Below are positions 38,123-52,253 of a stretch of 64,000 bases of DNA, piece by piece; position 1 is the stretch's first letter, and every line of letters begins with the position of its first letter. This DNA comes from Eledone cirrhosa (taxonomy: Eukaryota): NCBI GenBank assembly GCA_964016885.1, contig OZ024744.1, positions 59,706,001-59,770,000 of the forward strand, read 5' to 3'. The notes beneath the pieces were generated by a model. The model made no database searches and was not told the DNA's origin. It worked only from the letters and a program-made list of their open reading frames with translations. The translations under genes and the position numbers were made by a program.

Positions 38123-41100
38123 TATCATCATCATCATCATCATCAACGTTTAACGTCCGTGTTCCATGCTTGCATGGGTTTGGACGGGGGTAGTCCCACT
38201 TGAGGCAAGAGTGATTGTCTTGCTCGCATAGGACTGTCTGGCAGGTTTTCTACAGTTGGATGCCCTTCCTAACACCAACCACATTTACAGTGTGGGTCTG
38301 GGAGGTTTTTACCGTGTTGCCTACACGGCCACATTACAGCGTGGACTGTGTGTTTTTTTGTCGTGACACCTACACGATCTCATTTGTTTCGGCCTGGATG
38401 GCGCGGCACCAACATAACTTTACATAGAACGGGGTGGTGTGGATGGGGTGGGGGTGGTGGCGGGACGGGGTGTATTTTGTTAGAGATGCCTACTGGCAAG
38501 GCGGGTCTTCTCTGTTACTGAGTACCGCCAAAGGTCTCGGTCCAGTGACATTGTCTTGGAGAGGTGTAAGTGTGTGAGGTCGGAGTTTATCAGCTCATCC
38601 CAGGTTTTTCTAGGTCTGCCTATTCCGTGGCTACCGTCTATCTTTATTGCCCTGCACTTTGTTATACAGCTATCGACTTTCATGCGCATCACGTGTCCAT
38701 ACCAACGCAGCCTTCTCTCGAGTAAACAACATCTGATCCCTCTTATCTCTAATTTTTTCCTTAGTTCGTTTATGCTTTGCCGTTCACGTATATTACTGTT
38801 ACACATCCAGCGGAGCATGCAAGCTTCGTTCCTCTCTAGTCTGCGTATATCCTCTGCACACAATGCCCAGGTCTCACTACAAATGCAACATTGCTGTTCG
38901 TATGCAGGCATCGTACAACCTGCCTTTCATTTTTAGGGAGAACCCTTTAGCAGCTAATAGTGGTATAAGCTCTCTGAACTTTTTCCAACCAGTTCTGACT
39001 CTAGCTACAGTACTTTCAGAGCACCCTCCCCCACTGCTGATTTTATCGCCCAGGTAACGGAAGCTGTCCACTATTTCTATAGAACCCTCTGCGCAATTGA
39101 AAGAGCTAGTATTTTGTGGGCACTTGCTGCTACTTATTGCACCAGAACACCGGCCACATGTAAAATCTATGTTCTTAGTTAGCTTACCTGTGATCCCACT
39201 ACATCTTTTATGCACCCATACTTTGCATTTAGGACATAAAATGGAGTTTCTACCTACGCCTTTCCTACACACCGAGCACGACCATTTCCCAGAAGGGACC
39301 GCCGCCTTGTTTTCTTTCCTACAAACTAGAACTTTGGTCTTAGCCAGGTTAATTTTAAGTCCTTTTGACTCTAGGCCGTGCTTCCATGTTTGGAATTTCT
39401 TCTCTAGCTCGGCCATTGATTCCGCTATGAGTGTCAGGTCGTCTGCGTATAGGAGTTCCCATGGGCAGCCTGTCTTGAACTCCTCTGTTATAGCCTGAAG
39501 GGCAATAATAAATAGTAGGGGGCTGAGAACAGAGCCCTGATGGACGCCAACTTTTACGCTAAACTCTTCACTATATTCGTTGTTAATTCTAACCTTGCTG
39601 ACTGTTTCTTTATACATGGCTTGTATAGCCCTCACAAGCCATTCGTCAACGCCTAGTTTTCTAAGAGCCCACCAGATAATGGAGCGGGGGACTCTGTCGA
39701 AGGCTTTCTCCAGGTCGACAAAAGCTAAGTAGAGGGGTTTACCTTTAGCTAGGTACTTCTCCTGTAGTTGTCGTACTATGAAAAGAGCGTCTGTGGTGCT
39801 TTTGCCTGACACAAACCCGAACTGCATTTCATCTAGGTCAATTCTCTCTCTGATTAGTTGCGCTATTACTTTTTCCGTGACCTTCATGACCTGGTCGATT
39901 AATTTAATGCCTCTATAGTTACTCCTATCTAGGGCGTCTCCTTTACCCTTATAACAGTTAACGATGATGCTGCTATGCCAGTCCTTCGGAACAACCCCAT
40001 TCTGTACGACTTGGTTAACTATGCGGGTGACCATGGTGTGTCCCACCGTGCCAGATGCCTTCAGCATCTCAGCAACTATTTCCGAAGGCCCAGCCGCCTT
40101 ACCCGTCTTCATATCCTTGATTGCCTTACTTATTATACTCCCCTCGAATAACACTGCTCGTCCCTCTATTGGGTCGATATGGGGGAGACTGTCTTTCTCC
40201 CATTTATTCTCCTCATTTAGTAGCCTTTCATAGTGACACTTCCAAGCTACCTTCTTATCAGTGTCGGTGATGGCAAGTATGCCATCATCGTTAAGTACAC
40301 ACTTCTCCCCGACAATATCACGGTTTTCCTTGACGCATTGCCTAGCAATCCTGAACACCTCACGTTTTTGGTCATCGCGTTGTAGAACATGCTTGAACTT
40401 TCTTTCCTCAGCTTCCCTTCTTGCTAAGTACACTTCTCTCCTAGCTTCCCTCCTGGCCACTTGATAGTCTACTCTACTTCCCCCGTCCCGCCATACTTTC
40501 CAAGCCTGCTTTTTGGCCTTAATTGACCCCTCCACCCTACTGTTCCACCACCATGTTACTCTCCTCCTGCCTACAGGCCTGCTCCAGCCACAGACTTCGT
40601 CTGTCGCCAACAGCAGGTTTGCTTTCAGAAATTCCCACTGTCCCTCTATATTGTCCGATTCTATATGCTCTTCCTTACTGTCGAAAGCATCAAGTAATAT
40701 GCTTTGAAATTTATTTCTGGCTGTGGGGTCCTTTAGTTTCCATATTTTCCTCCTGAGGATAGTCCTCTTCTGCTGTCGAGTACGTCTCGTCCTGACTATG
40801 AGGTCGCTAATTATCAGTCTATGTTGGGAGGTGCATTCTTCATGGGGGAGGGATTTAGTGTTTACAACAGACACTCTGTCACGTCTTCTGGTAAGGATAT
40901 AATCTACCTGGCTTGTGTGTTCCCCGGATCTATAGGTGATCAGGTGATTGTCACGTTTTTTGAAGTTAGTGTTACAGATAGTTAGGTTATTTGCATCACA
41001 GAATTCCAGGATTCTGGAGCCTTCCTCATTTCTAGTACCAAACCCATAGCCTCCATGGATTTCGTCGTAGCCGTCACAATGTTGTCCAACGTGACCATTT

Positions 41101-41810
41101 AGGTCGCCTGCAATAATTATATAGTCACTGTCAGATATTTGGGAGGTAGTTAGCAACAGTGTCTCATAGAATCTGTCTTTTATAGTGCCGGGCAGTCCGG
41201 ATTGGGGTGCGTACGCAGATATTACTGTCACCGTAGTTCTATTGAGGACAAGTCGTATTTTAATTATTCTGTCGTTCACTCTATTTACGTCTATTATCTT
41301 ATCTGCCCACTTTTCTGCTACCATGATTCCTACTCCACCCAGCCCATCGTCGTTTCCCACCCAGAAAAGCTTATAACATCGTTTTTTACCCTCAATGAAT
41401 CTAGCAGACCCACCCCTCCACCTGGTCTCTTGAATACAACAAACATCGACCTCCTTACGTTCAAGCATTTCTACAACCTCGTTAGCGCGACCCTTTAGGG
41501 TGCCTACATTTATGGTACCAACTCTGAAGTTTTGGGTTGCGTTTGGAGGGTGGGGGTGGTGGGGGGCGGGGGGAGATAGGGTTATGTTAGCCATCCGCGG
41601 ACGAAACAAAGAGGAGTGCTCGCATTCTCATCCACGAGGTGCATTTGACTTTAACTTTGGCATTTTCGCTCTGAGCGTCCAGATTTTTCTCTCCCTTCCA
41701 CTCTCCAGGATTCCGCAGTCCGTCCATCCATCCATCCATCATATATCGAAGGCAACCGGGCAAGCGATAGTATAGGCCTCTGGCTTATGATTGGTCCGCG
41801 TAATAATAAT
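38123..41810 (-). mobile_element. Near full-length RTE-clade LINE with (GAT)n tail
   Basis: Single APE-RT ORF, ~350-nt 3' UTR, and tail at 38123-38144. Confidence 0.92.
38480..41609 (-). CDS. RTE ORF: AP endonuclease, reverse transcriptase and PHD-like Cys/His finger; 910 aa open, frameshift at ~38880, then ~130 aa
   Basis: VGTINVGTL, IQETRW, AYAPQ, GDLNGHVG, VDYIL, SQHR (APE). NYRGIKL, FVDLEKAFD, GVHQGSVLSP, LYADD, FRYLG (RT). The MLH/SETW motif is split by the frameshift. Confidence 0.92.
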
Positions 41811-41915
41811 AATGGTGATGCGTGGGGGGGGGGGGGGGGGGGCTCTGGCTTATGATTGGTCCACGTATTAAGAATGGTGGTGTGTGGGGGCGGGTGGGAG
41901 GGGTGTGGGGTAGCT

Positions 41916-42977
<1,062 letters not shown>

Positions 42978-42983
<6 letters not shown>

Positions 42984-43515
42984 ATTGGAGAAAGCTAATA
43001 GCGATACTCCGGCAAAATTTCCAACTCACTCAACAAACATTAGAAAATACCTGAGTATATTCCCAATTAAACGTTTGGGGTGCTAGCTATTGTGTGGACA
43101 ATTGGCTGTATTATTTCATATGAGATATATCAAATATATTATTTCCCAGACGACTCGTTTCATTATAAGATTTCTACAAGTTGGGTGAAAATATACCAAG
43201 TAATGTAGAAGCTTGTATAAGATCAATAGATACTTATTCAAGTGGGCTCATATATATATATATATGTTGATCTTATACAAGCTTCTACATTACTTGGTAT
43301 ATTTTCACCCAACTTGTAGAAATCTTATAATGAAACGAGTCGTCTGGGAAATGATATATTTGATATATCTCATATGAAATAATACAGCCAATTGTCCACA
43401 CAATAGCTAGCACCCCAAACGTTTAATTGGGAATATACTCAGGTATTTTCTAATGTTTGTTGAGTGAGTTGGAAATTTTGCCGGAGTATCGCTATTAGCT
43501 TTCTCCAATTATGTA
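42978..43515. repeat. 249-bp inverted repeat (42978-43226, 43267-43515) with (TA)n in the spacer and on both flanks
   Basis: Arms are reverse complements with about one substitution. Confidence 0.92.
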
Positions 43516-43658
43516 CATATGTATATATACATACATACATATGTGTGTGTGTATATATATACACACACATGTGTGTATATATATACATACACATGTGTGT
43601 GTGTATATGTGTATATATACACATACATACATATGTGTGTGTGTATCTATATATATAT

Positions 43659-43694
<36 letters not shown>

Positions 43695-43804
43695 CATCAT
43701 CATATATATATACATATATGTATATATATATGTGTATATGTGTATATATACACACACATACATATGTGTATGTATATACACACACATACACACACATATG
43801 TATG

Positions 43805-43842
<38 letters not shown>

Positions 43843-44050
43843 CATATGTGTGTGTGTGTGTTTGTATACACACACACATATGTATGTATGTGTGTATATA
43901 CACATACACACACAGACACACATATATATATATGTATGTGAGTGTGTGGCTGTGTGTGTGTCTGCGTATGTATGTGTGAGTGTGTAGCTGTGTGCGTGTG
44001 TCTATGTGTGTATGTGTGTATGTGTGTGTATGCATGTATATATATATATA
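43516..44050. repeat. Compound (TA)/(CA)/(TG) microsatellite field
   Basis: Direct inspection. Confidence 0.95.
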
Positions 44051-44854
44051 CAGACACCCCTGATATTACGCCGGAGACATATGTTCCTTAGAACGTAAAG
44101 GACATCTACGCAAAAAGAAAACAAAATATTATGAGGTAAATAGGAATGAGACGCAGCTGTACGAATTTTTTGTACAACAAAATCATTAATAAATAAATAA
44201 ATATACTCTTCATTTACTCATTTAATATATAAAATATTTTATATATTAATCATAACTTAATAAACTACGACTTGAATTACTGAACGATACTGCAAATACA
44301 TTGATGTTACAATTGATAGCATCTCTTAGTTGATCTCATCCAACAGTGGCGCTCGACCTATCTTTAGTTCTGCCATGAAGACCATGATTGAAAAATCATT
44401 CAACGATGACGGAACACGAGGAAGGTCATGCGCCATCTTAATATTTTTTTTTTTTTTTGCTGTTAAAAAAACGTATTTAGAAATATTACATGTGATCATT
44501 TCAAAGTAAATGTTCATTTATTTAATATCAAAAAATTATTCTATAAAAAGTATTATAAATATATTCAATGAAAGTTGGTGTTGATAAAAAGTTGCTTCAA
44601 CAGAAGACGTAGAGAACTGAAACGACTACTTCGAAGCCTTTCAAATTTTTTTTTTTTTTTTTTTTGGCATTCTTTATACTTTATCCCTAACTTGAATGAA
44701 GTATTTATTCAAATGAAGTATTCATACATTTTGGCAATGTTTTCATTGTTAGTTAAGTAATTCTCACTTTGACAATTTTAAAAATAAAATAATAAACGAG
44801 TAGTAACTACATAAATGAATGTCTATAAAATAATTAGAGAAACACTACAAATAT

Positions 44855-45612
44855 TTAATAACGGAAAAGAAAGGGAAAGGAATGAGCTCTAGGGCCACAA
44901 AAGAATGGCAGGGGAAAGGGGAGGGTGATGGACTCTGGGCCTAGGGTTTGGCGCTGTGGGGGCTGCACCTCACGGACAGGTCCGCAAAGGAATTTCCGCG
45001 GACAATGGCAAGCGACATTCACTGCAACAGCCACTCCACCTTGCGGAGCTTCTTCTGACAGGCTACTGACATTCCGATCTTGAGAGGAGCTCTGCAGTAC
45101 GGGGTCCGAGGACGCCTGAGGTCTCGGCGACGACCGATGCGACGAGGAAGCGCCCGGACAAAACCCTATATTTGTTAGTCTTCCTTTTCTCTGCACTGCG
45201 AACCGCAGTACCGGGGTTTGTGACCGAAGCGACTAAGTTGGAGGCGGAGAACGTGTCACAGCAGGTGGCGTCCCAGATGAGAGATCTACCTCCTTCGGAT
45301 GGGAAGAGGGTAATTCCGTCAAGGTGCTTGCCGTCTTTGCGGTCGAGACTTACTGGCTCTAGTTGTGATGGGAAGCCAGCTGCGTCTAGGTTCCTTCTCA
45401 ATATTTCGTTGAGAGTGGCATGTTGAGGAACGGGCCTGCGCTCTGGCGGCATGACAATGGGTGCAGGCCTAACTTGTCAACGACCGCCCCGCAATGGCAT
45501 TTATGAGCCTCACTCACGCGGAGACCGAGCGTTTGGTCACTCCGATGCGAATGCAGTCGTCGTCAAGAAGGGTACCGGTTGATGAGAAGGGCACCAAATT
45601 GAGCCAAATTAA
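44855..45612 (-). mobile_element. CRE-clade-like non-LTR element, 3' fragment (zinc finger and restriction-like endonuclease)
   Basis: HATLNEIL...LEPVSLDRKDGKHLDGITLFP.EGGRSLIWDATCCDT...AEKRK..KY...AETSGVLG, with GTLLDDDCIRIGV upstream. Confidence 0.78.
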
Positions 45613-46830
45613 TTGCTGTGTCTGTCTTTTCCTCTCTTTAAGAATCTCATAAGGTGCTACAGTTATTTTTAAAGTCATGGTGCAATTCACAACATTCTTC
45701 AACCAAAGAGTTAGCATTAACCACAAATCATTAAACGGCGTCAATTTGTGTTACTTTCTCAACCCACACAGGTTCATCTTTATTCTTCTCATCCTGTAGT
45801 GCATCCAGGTGCTCTGACAAGTCTGCAGTGGTAGAACGGCCTATTCCTCTATGTCAATAATCTATTGTAAAACTTGCATATTACATAACCACATCTAATG
45901 CAGCTTCTTCTGCCAACTTTGAAACCTTGAATGACTACAACGTTCTCCACCGACCCAAATTTTTCAAAATCGTCCTTTGAGTTAGGTAGAAGCTCTTTTC
46001 AATCTGCGATTAAACAGTTAGTTACCTTTTTTTCAGGCGATATCAATAAGATAAACGGCATTTAAAATGTTAAATGACTGTCGATAATCTTTTACAGATA
46101 TACCATGGTTTGTGTTAAATACCATTGACCACTTTTTAAAACCATTCCTGCAAGTTAGTAAACCTTGAAATATTTTTTACGCCTTGGTCCGTCGGCTGGA
46201 GAACGGGTGTTGTGTTTGGAGGCATTTAAACTATTATTTTAAGCTTCGTTTGAACTTATCAAAATTTGGAGAATGGCCAGGAGTATTGCCTAACAGAAGA
46301 ATAGCTTTGTATAGTAAATCATTCTCTATGTAGAAGTTTATACAACTGTGCAGAAATTGTGTACCTGTCTAAGAATAATTTGTATGACCCACACATTCTT
46401 GTTTGATTTCCAATAGATAGGCAATAGGGACTTATTTAACCCTGGGTGTTTTTCAGTCATAGACCAGCTTGGGCCGAAATTTCAGAGTCCACCAATTAAC
46501 AGTTAGTCTGTCTATGGCAGCTATTAACCCATACCACATTTTCTTCAATGGGAATAGAGTGAATTGAAGGTATTATCTTCCAATGTAAGCTTGTTTCATC
46601 TACATTGCAGATAAGATCCTCACGATATTCACCAAAGTTACCACGAAAATAATTGACTTATGTTTACTGTATGGACTGTGGTATATTTTTTCTGCATTCT
46701 TTACGATCTTGGATACAGTCAACAGAGGCAAATTCATAGCTATATAAACACGAGTCCAATTACCATTTCCGTGTGATTTTGTTAACGACTTGAACACTTT
46801 AATTCACCAATTTCCTCTTATCTGACATGG
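45612..46830 (-). pseudogene. pogo/Tigger-family transposase relic
   Basis: Minus translation LLGNTPGHS (46265-46295), MPPNTTPVLQPTDQGV (46178-46225) and an HTH-like MNLPLLTVSKIVKNAEKI. Many stops. Confidence 0.78.
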
Positions 46831-47904
46831 CTGCTCTTTATTCTTCTTCTTACACATCAACTTCACTTTAAAATAGTAAAATACCGCACGAACAGTATGG
46901 TGTTATTTATAATGTTATTTACGCATTTATGATATTTATGTATATATTTAAAACATTTACGTTATTCTACTGTATACAACTGTAATAAAATAAAATTTAA
47001 TCTTTGGAATATAGTAATAAATACTGCATATAACCAGTATTAAATCATAAAATATTACTTGCTTAATAACAACAATAAATAGTAAATGAATAGTCTTTAC
47101 CCCACTCTCTATTTCTTGTTTATTTGCAATGATTAAAGAAAGTGATTCTGAATTACTGTGAAAACGTTACATGAAACTGTTACACCACCACTAGTACAAT
47201 GATTGGGTCTTTCAGTTACAGTTAATCGTATCATATATCAGTCGGTCTCAGTCAGTTACTTTTAACAGTGTTAACATAACAAAAAACGACAGAAGAATTT
47301 CAAAAGATGGTGCAATCAGCGATGTTTTCATTTACTCTATGATTTGTACCGAGTAGGTATCTGTTATAGGCAATCAAGTTTATTGTTATTACCATATCGG
47401 TGAACCGAAAGTGAACACTACTGACAACCGAACAAATGAACAAACAAACAAACAAACGAAAAGAGATTGGACAGTGTGTGGATCACGGCAAAAAGACACC
47501 AACACCAAAAATTGAACAAGTGTACAACATTGTAAAACTCATAAAAATATTTGTGAATATGATTAAAATAAAATGATTGTTCTGTATAGTTACTATTGTT
47601 TACTAATCTAATGAGATTAGTTGTTAGAATAATTAGTTATCCGAACAAACTACGTATCTCGCTTGGATAATAGGACATCTAACTGCTATGTAAGAATTGT
47701 TCACAATGAATGTCGTGTAAACACAAGCAAAACATCATGTTTGTTAATTCTCACCTTAGATGTTCACTGATTGGTCCGAATTGAACCAGCAGCACAGCAG
47801 TGAAAATTGAATTAGAGCAAATTCAAACCGGCATAGTCTGCATATATATATATATGTGTGTATACAACACACACACACACATGTATATATATATATATAT
47901 TTTT

Positions 47905-48100
47905 TTTTTCTTCTTCGTCCACTTATTCTTGTAAGGGTCGTAGGATCAGAGTCCTTAAATACTCCTTCCAGAGTTTCCTGTCAGAACCAATCATCTCCAA
48001 TTGATCCGGCAGGATCCCCAAGCGAGATAAGTCGATCTCATGGATGTTATCCAACCGTCTTCCTCGCGGTCTACTCCTGAGTCTCCTGCTGGTCTGTATG
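47905..48100 (-). mobile_element. RTE LINE extreme 3' fragment, related to 27660-27830
   Basis: SRPRGRRLDNI..DLSRLGI...DRKLWK and a short (GAA)n tail. Confidence 0.65.
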
Positions 48101-49259
48101 TTAACGAAAAGTATCATTTCAGAGCTGCTTCAATTATTCTATTGACTCCTTGGCGTATGCCGTTACTGTCAATGGTGTCAAAAACATACCAATTATTTAT
48201 CCTCAAAGTTGAGCCGTTGAATTTCCTTCAAAACAATTTCAGCGATTTGTCTGGTTCTATCTCTTGCAATCAGAAGGCCTAAGAGCTTCCCATTTCCTTT
48301 TGCTATAACTAAAACTACAATCCGATATTCGAGTGTGCTGGATTTGGAAGACAATGATCATAATTCTCTATTCCAGTGGACGACTAGCCAGGATCTATTT
48401 TCAGGTCGGAAAACAGATACCTCGATTTCCTGAACCATCATCTCACGGTGACTGGTTCTTCCTCGATAAACAGTTGAGGAAGAAATCGAGAGTCCAGACA
48501 CATCATGACTAAGACTCTTCACAATTACGATGTACTTGCATGTCATACGGCTAGTTTCTCCCGTTCCTACGTGGCAACAAGAGCGGCGTCGAGAGTTAGC
48601 CTTAATCGCAGTGATTTTCGAGGCGGTGCTGACTTGAAGAATTCCTCCTCATCATCATCATTAATAGTTAACTGAATATTTTATCATCATCATCATCATT
48701 AAGAGCTACTTTCTCGGACATCTTCTTGGCTTCTTCATCCTGCTTTCTCTATCCTACTTTTATATCATGAATCTTCATTTCCTTCTTCTGAATGTTCTGC
48801 ATCAATATCAGCCAAGAATGAAGACATCTGATCTTCTCGGTGTGTCTCAAGGAAAACTTTGATTTGAGATGGGACACCCTTTCAATCTAGAACTTCGTGA
48901 CTTGCAATGTCAAAAATTTCCAGATCTCAATTTTGCAATTGCTTTGTCAGTCATCCTTGATTTTTCCTTTTTCAGTCCTTGATACTCTTTATACAATTTC
49001 TCAATTAAAGTGTGGATGTTTTTTTTTTCATTTTTGGTAGAGATATTTGCTTTTCCCCACACTTCTTGGATCTTCTGGCTAGTGTTTTTTTACAACTGAA
49101 ATTGTCTGCCCGAGTTCGACGTCATGGTAGAGAAACCACAAAAGTACTTGTTGTTTGGAAGAGAGTCGAGTCTAAGGTACCCCCCCCCTCCACCTCGGAC
49201 TTCTTCTCAAGCTGCCAAATGGCTTTTCTGGTTTCCATTTTCTTATACGTTGTGAAAGA

Positions 49260-50130
49260 TGTAAAACAAAATCAATGAATCATTTTTATTTTAAAGAGGC
49301 TTTGAGTTCTTACATTTCTGGAACTCGTTCAGATAATGAAAAATCATTTCATAACTTTATAACAACGATAGATCTTGATGAAAACCTGCGTATTTACTAC
49401 TCACTAGCAAAACCAGCACTGAATCAACAATGGAATGAACTTTGCATTACAGCATTATTGTTAACTTATTATCTTGTTGAATTATGAAAACAAATATCGA
49501 AAAGTTCACCTCATCAACAAAATCCTTCTTTGAGGAAACAATGAAAACAAATCACCGATATAAAATTATTTCTACATACTTAGTTTAAGTTTATGGGTAA
49601 TTTCTTTTTAATTTAAGATAGTATAACTAGTTGAAACGTCTCCTGCATGTACAGAGATGAAATTAGACAACAATATGGAACCTGGCTACAATCAATAAGT
49701 GCTTTTTTTTCAGCATAGCGTTAAAATATCACCAAACTGTACAACCCCCAAATATTTCTGTATCTCTTCATATTTTCGTCTGTAGAGATTTTATGTTAAA
49801 TGGATACAGAACGCAATCGACATGAGGTGATTTCAGCTAAAAAAATTCCCTATAAATATGAAACACAGGTACAAGTGCACCGAAATATGTCAAGATAGTG
49901 GTCCAAATTATGACTAAAAGATCAGGGATCACGAACACCGATATGAAGACGATAAAAAGAGAAATTGGTTGGTAAAACGACGGAAGAAGGACGTTACCAT
50001 AATTTCATTCTCAATAGTAACTGAAACCTTTGACCATACCACTTCCTCCCGCTACCAGACCTATGAGAGAAAGCTGGAACCTACCGATAAGACTGTTGTC
50101 TTCGTTCAACAGGGAATATATTTAAATCTT
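49260..50130 (+). mobile_element. Possible very degenerate Penelope-like RT/thumb remnant
   Basis: FHNFITTIDLDENLRIY and YRK resemble the F.N.LN.I..NI.FT and YRK motifs. Heavily disrupted. Confidence 0.3.
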
Positions 50131-50262
50131 AAAACTGACTGAAGAAAACCTGAATCTTCTCAAAAATATTTCCTTCATTTCTTCCTTCTTTCTTTCAACC
50201 TCTACCTCCCTTCTTTATACATTCATATATATTCTATCACTTTCTCCTCTCCCTCTCTCTCT

Positions 50263-50343
<81 letters not shown>

Positions 50344-50344
<1 letters not shown>

Positions 50345-51118
50345 AATCGGTAGAGGGCCGGACGCCATGCTTTGACGCATAGAGTTACGGCCCTTGCCAT
50401 TCTGAGTTCAAATCCCGCAAAGGTTAACTTTGCCTTTCATCCTTACGGGGTCGATAAAATAAAGTACCAGTAATACACTGGGTAATTGCTGGCCTTGTGC
50501 CAAAAGTAGAAACAATTATTAGTACATATTAAAGTTTAAGCAAAGAATCATTGCTTTCACGCGATCTCAGAAGATCCCGTAAAAGGGTGAAAGCAGCGAT
50601 TCTTTGCTTAAACTTTAATCTGTACTAATAATAAATATTTTCTCTATTAGTTTATATATGCATGTGTACGAAATCCTTAGCAAGCCCTCTCCAGATTTTG
50701 GTCTTCATATTTGTTATGTGAAGACGTACAAGTCTACGGGAGAAAAGGTTCGTAATTTTAAGCTGTTTAAAGGATTATTTGAACCTGAATCTTCTCAAAA
50801 ATATCTCTTTCATTTCTTCCTTATTTCTTTCACCCTCTACCTCCATCCTTTATACGTACATATACATTCTATCACTTTCTCCGCCCTCCTCTTTCTATAT
50901 ATATATATAAAGAAATGCGGTAAGCAGCCAAAGTGTACGATAAAACTATATCAGTATATATGCAGAATGGATAATAATTGTTTCTATTTTTGGCACAAGA
51001 CCAGCAATTATCCCAGTGCATTACTGGTACTTTATTTTATCGACCCCGTAAGGTTGAAAGGCAAAGTTAACCTCGGCGGGATTTGAACTCAGATTGTAAA
51101 GACCCGTAACTCCATGCT
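50344..51118. mobile_element. Two convergent SINE copies (plus 50344-50520, minus 50972-51118) around a hairpin and a local duplication
   Basis: SINE core on both strands. 50148-50265 is repeated at 50782-50897. Confidence 0.85.
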
Positions 51119-51283
51119 GTATATAAATATACACGTACATAGACGTCTCTGTTGAGCTTGTCTCTCTTCGTGAAACCTTTGGTAAATGGAATAATTATCT
51201 TATGTTGTTTATTATATAATTAAATAGTTCTGTAGCATACATAGTGCACTGTCCTTTCCTTTGTCCTTCCTACAAAAATACAT

Positions 51284-51342
<59 letters not shown>

Positions 51343-51569
51343 GTGTGTGTGTGTGTGTATATGCCTTCTAGGAGAAGGCATCTCAGGAAACTGGGTTAAC
51401 TCCGACATAAAACCTGCGGCTCAGTAGTTACCGATGATGTTGATCTTTTCTTCTTTTCGGGTTATAGCTACTGTCGCTGAGAGATTGGGATTGGCTCAGT
51501 GCACAGTCTTTCCTCACTTTAAAAATATTCTCCACGCACAGGCATTGCACAATTGCATTAATTAATAAC

Positions 51570-52113
51570 AACTGTACCAACGAAAACAACAACAATGACA
51601 CCGATACCTGTAACAGCGATCTCAGCACCACTAGTAAGACCAGTAGCGGCAGCAATAGTGGTGCTGCTGAAAAAGGGACCACTTCTTTTGCAGGTGTCGC
51701 CCGAAATAACAAGACAGTGTTAATCACAGAGGAGGAGATGGCAGTCGCAAGGGCCATGGTGACAAGAAGCGCCAATAGAGTCTCCCTGAAACCTCCACCC
51801 GATTTTTTCAAGGACCAGCAGCTACAGACGGTAACTTACCGCACCGTAAGCAAAATCTCACATCGGGTGGAGAGAGCCACCGAGGCTCAAATCCCAAAGG
51901 CCTCGGGTTGCGTCTGGGCACGCAAAACCCACATCATCCGAGGCAGAAAGTACGCCACAGTAGACGTACTTTTCGCCACCACACAAGAAGCAAAGTCTCA
52001 TTCTTTGGAAACCCTAAAGAGTGAGGAGATAGTCTTGGTGCCCTCCTACTGCGGGTAGAAAATTGTGAGGGTCACTTTGACCCTCATAATTTTCTGCCCG
52101 CAGTAGGAGGGCA
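51570..52113 (+). mobile_element. Duplicate of Tx1 ORF1 segment 53120-53625 ending in a 36-bp fold-back
   Basis: High identity to 53120-53625. Arms are 52039-52074 and 52078-52113. Confidence 0.9.
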
Positions 52114-52253
52114 TGTATGTATATATATACATACTACTGTACGTCTGTATACATATATGTATGTACGTATACATACTTATATTTAAGTAACAGCCGTACT
52201 AAGAGTGGGAAATGAAATTTCGTTTCATTTTTTCCGATTATTATTATTATTAT

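Noticed and set aside
41575-41680. Possible HDV-like ribozyme in the RTE 5' end (minus: ATGC-ACCTCGT-GGAT...GCTAA)
   Set aside because: The L3 and J4/2-like words are suggestive, but I could not assemble P1, P1.1 and P2. A covariance-model search is needed.
44051-47685. CAG...CTG ends as TIRs of the Tigger relic
   Set aside because: The candidate ends are not convincingly complementary.
48100-49260. Possible host exons or LINE endonuclease remnant
   Set aside because: No convincing motif or splice-flanked open frame, so it is left unannotated.
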